Assembly (NCBI GenBank): GCA_044892505.1
Contig: CM097883.1
Location: forward strand, 183,706,001 to 183,770,000
DNA from: Schmidtea nova
Taxonomy: Eukaryota
Length of the DNA stretch: 64,000 nt
Direction of reading: 5' to 3'
Every line of letters begins with the position of its first letter. Position 1 is the first letter of the stretch. This document shows, piece by piece, positions 51,613 to 61,200 of the stretch. Under the pieces are notes generated by a model. That model did not search any database. It worked only from the letters and a program-made list of their open reading frames with translations, and was not told where the DNA came from. Made by a program: the position numbers and the translations under genes.

Positions 51613-52921
51613 GAAGCGCTCAGGTCAGTCAATTTAATGTCATTTATATCAACATAAAATCACTCTGCAATTTTCACTCGCACAAGTATCCACAGTCAAG
51701 TACGCCATTATCAGTTCAAGAAGAATTCAACAACGCTCGAGGAAGAATCGCTGAAATATTGTGCATAAATCAGAAGGAAATTGTAAGTAACTTGTTATGC
51801 CAAATATAAATTTTAACCATAAATCATATTTCGTTTTCATTAATTGTATATAGATAATGCGAGAGTTCGGCGATCCCGTTGATTGTCAGCTCTCCGGGGA
51901 GATCCATCTTTGTTTCGTGTCTCGGCACGGGGCGAAGATGGGTTGCTCCGTAAAGACCTTTTTATGATGGACAGGGAATGAGTGAATGTCCGGAGGCCGT
52001 TGCAGCATCAAAATATCAAAACTACATATAATCCGTAGGAAGCGAAAACGTTGATTGAGAAACCTACTAATTTTTAGAAAAATCCAAAACGGCTGCGTTC
52101 GTTGAAATTTTTGATAAATCTCTAGAAAATATCACAGTAAATCCAAGCGAAATCGTGAGTTTCCATCTAACCGTTGTAAACCAGTTCCTATAGTAGGTGA
52201 AATGCGTTTTGGGTATGAAAAGATTGAAACATAAAATTGATAAAATTCCAGCTCTAATCGTTTACCCATTCCCACCAAATCGTATAAAACTGCCTGCACA
52301 TAATAATTCATGCGATTACATAATTATGCCTAATAACCTCTCTAATGATTCACAGTCAAATCCAATGCCCGAGCGAATTATTGAAAACCCCGTAGATACC
52401 GTCAAGGAATGCGGTAATTACAGATATGAGATAGATTAGAGATTCATCAAATACATGAGTCCTTAACCGACAGCGATTTCGTTGAGAATAGGAAATAATT
52501 ACCGGAAAGGCAATTAGCGATGCTTTCGTAGTTCTTACTAGAGTTCGCAGAAATCTAATAATTGGCCTGAAATTGCTGGCTCCGAGAAAGTAACAATTAC
52601 CGATTGTAAGAATAATGATCATAATTAAATGCTGAACATCTCAAAATTGGTCAATTAAAATAATCTCAATCGAGCGAAAAATCAACATGAAATGAGAAAT
52701 CTAGGGGAGAATGATAATTGATAAAATGGGGAAATTTCGGGAACCTTACCCTACATAAGCGTCATTGATACTGTTCGCAAATCATGAAACATATAATAAA
52801 TAATTAATTCCCCAAATATTACTAAGCGAGTGAATGAGGCGAGAGCGAGGACACATGATGGGGGGCGCGGTATATAAATTGTGAATTACCCATTTCTTGT
52901 ATACTTAGACATTCACGAACG

Positions 52922-53425
52922 ATGTATTATACCGGAATTCAAGTTACAGGACCTCAAGGAGAGACTCGGAGAGAGAAAGATTTCATGGACGAGACGCGGA
53001 TGTACGATACGCACCTAATGATGCTCATGCCGCTCAAGCCGATCCCAACTGAGTTGGCCAATGAGATCCTACACGAGCACAAGGAGGAATTCGAAAGGAC
53101 GGGAATTGCCCCGCCGTTTAGCCTGTTCCGAGACGGTCCATCGGATATCATTTGGCATGGCAGCAGGGAATGGCCGATCAACGTGGATCGCCCTCGCTGG
53201 CCAAACCAGGCGAAATACTTTGTGGAGACTCCCACCGAAATTCCCGGGAGATACCAAGTTTATTATCAAGGCGAGATTCCGCAAGAAGAGTTCCTGAGTA
53301 CGGGACGATTCGTGTTCGCCCCGGCTCCATCTCCAAGTCCGACGGAATCACCATACAGCCCTTCAACGCTTAGTGATGACAATAGCGACGACAGCGAGGT
53401 CGAGATCATCGCCGAATATTATTGA
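52922..53425 (+). CDS. LTR-encoded 167-aa protein with Ser/Pro and acidic tail
   Basis: GC box + TATATAAA at 52861-52878, intact ORF, AATAAA at 53506. Confidence 0.75.
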   Translation: MYYTGIQVTGPQGETRREKDFMDETRMYDTHLMMLMPLKPIPTELANEILHEHKEEFERTGIAPPFSLFRDGPSDIIWHGSREWPINVDRPRWPNQAKYFVETPTEIPGRYQVYYQGEIPQEEFLSTGRFVFAPAPSPSPTESPYSPSTLSDDNSDDSEVEIIAEYY

Positions 53426-53860
53426 ATGTGATCAACTGTACCTGTATTAACCATCAATTATATGTTTCTTTGTGTAGTTGTTTTTCCTCTATTCACTTGT
53501 TTAGTAATAAAAAGTTGTAAAGTAAAGGAAAATAAAAGGTCATCGCGTAAGCACTCCACCGACAGTAAACATGCAATAAACTAAAAGAGATAGTAAATCC
53601 AGTAGCGTAATACAAAACTAAAGTTTTAGGAAATTAGGCAAAAGCACAGGAATAGAAATCTGTTAGGTTAAATGCACTGCACTCGTATACAAATATATAG
53701 CGTTTAGTCCACGAAGGATAGCCACCAACCGAGGAGGCGAAGAGGTGGAGAAAACCGAGTCGTAACCAAGTAAGGGTCGAGTATAAATCCCTCGTTTTGC
53801 GATTAAAAACTAACTCAATAATTACGAATATGCTTCTGTCTTCTAGTAAAGAAAAGAGCC

Positions 53861-54292
53861 ATGGACGAGAAAACTATAGGACAATTGAAGAGGAGACTCA
53901 TTGACCTAGAAAGCAGTTATTTTTCACCGACAGAAATGAAGAAGGTGAAGGAGCAATTGATCAGGGCAACGCAGGTTATGCAGGATCAGAGACAAGAGAT
54001 AGATGCCCTAAAAATCGAACTCAAAAATTGTAGAGCATTCATCACAGAGAAATTCATAACGGACAACCTTAAAAACTTAATTCGCCCGATAACGTTAGAA
54101 AGATGGTTTCCCACACCAGATCAATCAATAAGTACCGAAATCGAGATGCCAATACCGCCAACCACAAAGCGAAAACGAAGGAAATCGCACGCACAACGCC
54201 GACAACAGTTGAAACTGAGTATGGAGGTCGACACCAACAAAATGGTCATCGATGTGAACAGTATTGGAACAACAGGCGTGAAACGCAAATAG
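53861..54292 (+). CDS. LTR-encoded 143-aa coiled-coil/NLS protein, positional analogue of 40620-41183
   Basis: TATAAA at 53782, KRKRRKS, VIDV, AATAAA at 54311. Confidence 0.75.
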   Translation: MDEKTIGQLKRRLIDLESSYFSPTEMKKVKEQLIRATQVMQDQRQEIDALKIELKNCRAFITEKFITDNLKNLIRPITLERWFPTPDQSISTEIEMPIPPTTKRKRRKSHAQRRQQLKLSMEVDTNKMVIDVNSIGTTGVKRK

Positions 54293-54803
54293 TGATTGTA
54301 ATGTTATGAGAATAAATATATGTATTTAAATAAAAATGTGTTGTTATTTGTTAGACGAGAATTGAATTAAATAAAGTAATAACGACAAATGAACTCCAGT
54401 TTTCATCGACTCATAAAACCGTAAATAACAAAGTAACTAATAGGAACAATAAGTATAGGGGCTGGATGGTAATATAGGAAATAGAGAGCAAACACCCAAA
54501 ATGAGAGACCTAAATACAGGGTGAGGAGAGTTACAACGAGACCTTCTATCGGTCAAGCTAGAACCCGAACGATGCGACAAGTCAGGAGTAGTTCTTGTGA
54601 AGGAGCTCACCTGCTGGCTTGCGATCGGCTGTTATACACAATTCCAACGTGAAGGATTAGGGTAATTCACGGGTGTATGAACAGTTAAGTTTTTATGTGT
54701 GTGTTGGACCCTAGAGAGCGAAGAAGAACGTTTTTAGAAAGAGAAAGTGAAGAAAGCTGATTCAGAGTTTGAAATTTTTTAACAGAACACACCAACATAA
54801 ATT

Positions 54804-54821
54804 TGGGGGCTCAGCCGGGAT
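54804..54821 (+). promoter_or_regulatory. tRNA-Pro primer-binding site
   Basis: tgggggctcagccgggat, identical to 26308-26325. Confidence 0.9.
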
Positions 54822-56631
54822 TAAAGCGATTTCATTGTGAAAAAATATGAACAATAATGAGAAAGAGTGTTGAAACACACCATCAGCAGGGAAATTATAA
54901 TAGAGAAAAAAGGGAAACTACGGGCGCAGACGGAGTCAATAAGAAAAGCAGAAACCATAACGATATCGTAACGCCGAGGCGACATTTCTCATGAAACCAG
55001 GAAAAGGTCAAGTAGTAGATAGAAACATAAAAGAAACGAAACACCACTACTTCAAATGTACTAGAAAAGGAACCGATGGCTCACCAACATAAATTTGGGG
55101 GCTCGAAATCAATAGTGGCTCTATTGGAAAAAGCAATAACAATAATAAGGACCGGGGATCTAAAGCGATTTTATTGTAGACAAATATGAACAATAATAAG
55201 AAAGAGTTTCGAAACAATAACGAGCATAAATTTGGGGCTCAGATGGAAGTGACCCTATTGGGAACAAAGAGGGATTAACAAGCAACCCAATGAGGAGAAT
55301 GTGGAAACTATGGCAACAGACGGAGGTAGCAGGAAAAAGTAGAAATTTAACAATAGTGCAATGTCGGGACGACATTTGGGAAACCGCCGGGAGAATTGGA
55401 CAAGAAACGAAGCAGATTACTACTTGGGATAAGTCGAAAGAAACCGCAAATCAATCAACATAAATTTGGAGCTTAACGAGTGGCTCTATTAGGAAAATAG
55501 TGCAAATAAGTAGAGAAATAAAGGTATAAAAGTAATAAAAGGAAAAGCAAATAAATCGTATGTATAAAAGTACTGTATGGAAGGTATTTAGGCAAAAGTA
55601 TAAAAGTAGTAAACGGAATGTAAATAAATTAGGAATGTAAAGCATAAAACGGTAAGTGCATGTATAGAACAATCGAAAAGAGGGCATGTTGTAAATAACG
55701 CAAGTAAATAAAACTAAAATAACAAGACAAAAATAAAAACAAGGAATAAGCGAAAATAGGAACTAAAACACGGGGACGACAGTAATTAGGAATAGGGGGT
55801 TACACAATCAATAAGCTAAAAACAAGTGAGAGGGATAGACAATTAAATTATAAAGGGGTAAACAAAGTAATAATATCAAGGGATAAATAAAATGATAATA
55901 CAATGGGGTAAACGGGAACAAAGAGATAAAAAGACGGGGTTGGATAATTGCGATAAATAAACTAACAAGGGGATAGAAAACAACCTGAACAAGTGGGAAA
56001 ACGTGCGCTTGGGAAATGATCGGTGGATAAACGCTAACGCAAGGGGTAAATAAGAAAGAAAAAAAAGGATATGATGAGATAATAAAAGTTGGGGATTGAA
56101 TAGTAAAGAGAATGGAGCTGCTGACCGGTTTTCGGACATTCACCACTGTCGAGAGAGGAAAACGAGATGTGAAAATGTGTGTATAAATGACAAAATAATA
56201 ATTTTTGAGCTACCTTCGAGTAGTACGTTAGGAATCCCATGGGTAAACCGACAGATCAAACTAACTAGGGAAATATAGGACGGGGCCCATCGCATATGTC
56301 GGAAAACCTCTGTGGTGTGACTGATCACCATACCGTGCAGTGGGGGACCGACGCGATCGTGTTATATCTTTTTGGTTGGGGAGAGAAATAGGAAAGCCTA
56401 GGGGAATAAGAAGCGCGCTAAAACAAAAATAAAAATAAGAGAAGTAAATGGCCAGTTGTTACCCAGAGATAGGAAGCGTTATAAAATAAAAGAGATAAGC
56501 TGGCACAAAAGAGATGAAATTAAACGACGTCGTAGTGAATTGATTGGGATATGTAATCAGCTCTTGAGAATTTATAAAGTTACTAGTAACGTGGATAAAG
56601 AAATGGTAAATAGAGGAACAATTGTAAACGA

Positions 56632-57119
56632 GAGATGCTTTGAAACATAAGCCATAGAGATGCTTTGAAACATAAGCCATAGAGATGCTTTGAAACATAA
56701 GCCATAAAGATGCTTTGAAACATAGGCCGCAGAGATGTCTTGAAACATAGACCAGATGAAATTGAGGAAATCCTGGAATGCCCTGTAATGTTCGGGTCCA
56801 GATGAAATTGAGGAAATCCTGGAATGCCCTGTAATGTTCGGGTCCAGATGAAATTGAAGAAATCCTGGAATGCCCTGTAATGTTCGGGTCCAGATGAAAT
56901 TGAGGAAATCCTGGAATGCCCTGTAATGTTCGGGTCCAGATGAAATTGAAGAAATCCTGGAATGCCCTGTAATGTTCGGGTCCAGATGAAATTGAAGAAA
57001 TCCTGGAATGCCCTGTAATTTTCGGGTCCAGAGGAAATTGAGGAAATCCTGGAATGCCCTGTAATGTTCGGGTCCAGAGGAAATTGAAGCAATCCTGGGA
57101 TGCCCTGTAATTTTCGGGT
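56632..57119 (+). repeat. Adjacent tandem arrays: 25-bp unit x5, then 46-bp unit x8
   Basis: gagatgctttgaaacataagccata from 56632; ccagatgaaattgaggaaatcctggaatgccctgtaatgttcgggt at 56752 and every 46 bp. Confidence 0.95.
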
Positions 57120-57241
57120 CCAGATGGAATATTGTCGGTGAGCAAAGAGGGGGATGTCGACTTCAACTCAAACTAGCAGCCGATTCTGACCAGCAAAGAG
57201 GGTGGGGAAGCACCCATGCCCAAACTAGCAGTCAGACTATT

Positions 57242-57380
57242 TCCGGCCAGAAGGAGCCGAGGATAATGATGACGGCCATAGGAAGCCGCTGTTGATTTAC
57301 GGCCATAAGGAGCCGCTGTTGAATATTTTCGGCCAGAGAGAGCCGCTGTTGAATTAATGATGGCCAAAGAGAGCCAATAG
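57242..57380 (+). repeat. Degenerate ~30-bp repeats (ggcca..gagccg)
   Basis: About five imperfect units. Confidence 0.75.
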
Positions 57381-58223
57381 TGAATAATAATCCGGATTAA
57401 AATGAGGAATATTTAGGGAAGTATCAAGGTGCGCACCAAAGAATAGTCAAAGGAGCTCTGTAGAGAATCACGTGATTGAGAGGAAACTGATTACATATCG
57501 CCAAAATAAAGTATAGAGAACCGCGGATTAAAGCAAATTGAGGTAAGTAAGCGAATCAAAGATAAAGTGAATTAAGGATAAAGTGAATCAGATTGAGTAA
57601 ACGAATAGACTAGGTAGACAAATAAAGTGAGATAGAGAATAGAATAGAATAAAATAGGAGAATAAGTGAATTAAAAGGCATTGAAGCCAAAGAGATAAAG
57701 TGAATTAAGCAAAACGAATAAAGCAGAATAGGGAAATAAAGTGATTTAAAGTCTCGAGACAAAAGGGGGAAATTGAGGCTAATAGGCCAATGAGTAAATT
57801 AATGTAATGAGATAAAAGGTAAGGAAAATAAGGGATCCCATGAGAAATAAGAGAGAAGCTCGAGTAGATGTAATAAAAGAGGAAATCTCAAACGATAAAA
57901 GGTTAAAAGGGTAAGAAACCCAATAGAGCGGAATCGCGCTAAAATAAACGGGGGGTGTGAGAAAAATATTAATTGGTGTTATGGTAAAACTATAGATAAT
58001 TGATGCGACTCTATAGATAATTGTTACTACTGGATAGATAATTTAAATAGACTCAAAATCAAGGGAAATGGGATATGGGGAAAAATTCAAAGGAAACCGT
58101 AAAGACCCATTAAAGCTTAACCACGAACGAAAAGAAATCGTTGAAGTGATTTAATTGTAATTTAGATCACAAAGCAATCCAAGTAACAATCAAAAAGGAC
58201 AAATCAAAACAAGAAAGGATTAA

Positions 58224-61200
58224 GTCGTAGACAAAACAGGAACCATTGAGAAATCATACTTCCTGAGACACAGTACAAGGGTTGACATAGAATTAACACC
58301 AGAACAAGCGGAGAAAATCAAGAGAAATCGATCGCTATCGTTAAAAAGACAACCACTAAAACCCCTTGGGAAACAATTGTCGGATATTAGTGACAAATCA
58401 AGCGATAAAGAGAATCAACCGAAACCAAAACAAAAAGAAAATAAAAGAAAGACTAGAACAAACAGAACAAAGTCAGAGAACGACGAAATAAATATAACCC
58501 CAGTAGAAACAAAAGTAGAGAACGAAGAAATAGATACCACCCCAACAGAAAACAGAGAGATAGAAAGAATAGAAAACGTAGTAACCCCAGAAGTGGATAT
58601 AGATAATAATAATAATACAACAAGAGATAGCGGATTCGAAAACATGACGGAAGTAGAAGTTAAAAAGGAAGAATTGAGGGAAAAATTTAGAGGCGAACCA
58701 TTCAGTGGTGACGCTAGTAAATTTGACGCGTTCATAAAGGAATTTAGCATATATATAAGAGTATGCCGATGGACAGATGTCACGGTAGTCGAAAGGATAT
58801 CGTTGTATTTAAAGGACAGCGCTCTCGACTTTTATGAAGAAGCGAGAGGCAGAGAAAGAGCACCCAAGAATTGGGAAGAAATAAAAGTGTTTTTACAGGA
58901 AACGTTTGGAATGGCTAAGGTGTTAGACCAAGCATTCGACGACTTTTCAGAAAGGAAACAGAAGAGAAACGAATCCAACGCAGTATTCGCTAGTGAACTA
59001 AGAAGATTAGCTAAACTAGCAGAAGAAGGTGGAAGTATAATAAGCGAAGGACTATTAACCGCTAAATTCGTCCGAGGATTGAGGAGACCAGATATACGAG
59101 CACAGGTGGGATGCAAAGGATGCGTCAACCTGGACAAGGCATTAGAACTTGCAAACAGATTTGAGTTACACATGACGGTCAATGACGCAAGAATCGCCGT
59201 AGCAGCAAGCGAACTAAAGGAAGATAAACCGGTGGAATATGCAACCTTGAAACAATCTATACCAAACGCACATTTATTATTCAAAAGTGCTCCAGCCGGA
59301 AGAAACAACGACAATAACTCGCAGAACAATAACTGGAGGAACAATTCAAGAAACAATGGGAATAACAACACAGGATCAAATAGACAATGTCAATTATGTG
59401 GAAAAATTGGACATTGGCAACAGGATTGTTTCCGAAACATGAGTTGCAACAAATGTGGAAAAAGAGGACACACGGGGAATATTTGTCGAGCCAACAACTG
59501 TTTTAATTGTGGAGGATCAGGTCACTTGGCACGAGAATGTCGATCTGGGAACAACCAACAGGGAAATAGACCAAACAATGGGTATCGACAAAACACGGGA
59601 AATCGGACTAGCCCGAGTAATAACCAGAACAGTAGAGAAATAAGACTGATGCAGGAAGTAAACAGGCTATCAGAAGTGATAGAGGGGATGGCAAAAGCGA
59701 ATCAAAAGAATAACCCGCAAAAGATTAACATGATGAGGAAGACGGAAAACGAAAACGATAGAATAAACGAAGAAAGCAAACAAAGACACTTACAAGAGTG
59801 GCAAAGATTACAACGAGAAGAAGAAAGAGTGAAACAGGAAAGATGGCAACAACAACAAAACGCACCAAGAATAAACATGATGAGAGCATTCAAGAAGATA
59901 AAGGAACAATACTGGTATAACTACGAGAAAACCCCAAAGGAAACAGGAGATGTAGAGGTAGAACGAGGAATAGAAGAAGAAGAGACTCTTGAGAATAACG
60001 AACCAAAAGCCATAGAGGAAGGCGGAAGGAAGGAAGAAACGATAAGCGACAATGGCAACGCGGAAAACACAATTAAAGAGGAAGAAGAGAAACCAAAAAG
60101 GATGCTTGTGATAATGCCAAATGACCACGTATACGCATTTCGGTATGATGCAAAGGAACGAGTAGGAGACCTGATGCGGAGAATAAAGGAACTATGTCCA
60201 GAGAGGCTAGTAAGTAACGTAGAGATTTACTGGAAAACGAAAAACAAGCCCGAGAGAAGAATAAGCGAAACGGACATTTGGGAAGAAATAGGAATAGAAG
60301 TGAAGGAAAACAATTACTTGGTCCTTCGAAAAAGAAAAGAAAGAGAGAATAATGGAAGTGCGATACCCAGAAAAAGTAGAGTACAAGAAATATTTACCGA
60401 GCGACTCAGGATAAGAGCCGAAAAAGAAGTTCTGGAAACGAACCAGTCAGGCGTAAGAACATTACAAGATTTGTTAGATAAGGAAAACAACGAGACAAAC
60501 GAGGACCTAATCAAACCAGAACCAAGCACAGAAGAAAGAAAACGAATACATCTAGCGCAAATCAACATGATGAGAAACATAGGAAATGAATCCTCAGACG
60601 AAGAAGATAGCACAGTGAGTAGTTTAGCGGGAGACATATTACAAGAAACGAGACCGAGCGAAGAAGTTATGGAAGTAGATGAGAACAAAGAAAACGAACC
60701 GGAGATTAAAGTGGACAACGACGAAATAGACAAATTACGGGAAAATGCGTTGGAAGTGATCAGAAATGAGGAGTTCATAGAGGAATCCTCATATAGGAAA
60801 TTTGTGAAATTAGTGTTACAAGTAACTACGACGTTACCACAAGTTGATATATTACGAAATGAAGAGAAGAAGATAGTTGCAGAATATGTGAGCGGTATGA
60901 AACAAGAACCAACGGTAGAATACATAATACAGTTGTGGACGGAAGAAACCCTACCACGGATATGGATCAAGACAACGAATACAAACGAATTATATGAATG
61001 GGTAAGGGATAGATTAGGAAATTCGAACAAAAATAAGTCAATATACGTGGACGATTGGAAGATAAAGGCCAATACATCGCTAAGAGACGCACTTATATGG
61101 TCAGGTGAAGTGACGACGTTAACATTGAGTAAAGAACAAGTGGAAGTCGACCCGAGAAAATGGGCTAAAGAAGCCAATATAAGATTCAAAAATGGGATAA

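Larger units (their letters stand above)
51248..54797 (+). repeat. Putative 5' LTR of element 2 (~3.55 kb)
   Basis: TGTTGG...CCAACA; shares gagaccttctatcggt with the family-1 U5; second LTR not in window. Confidence 0.6.

Noticed and set aside
56459-57166. CRISPR-like array and long repeat ORFs
   Set aside because: Head-to-tail repeats without unique spacers, eukaryotic context, no cas genes; ORFs are repeat artefacts.
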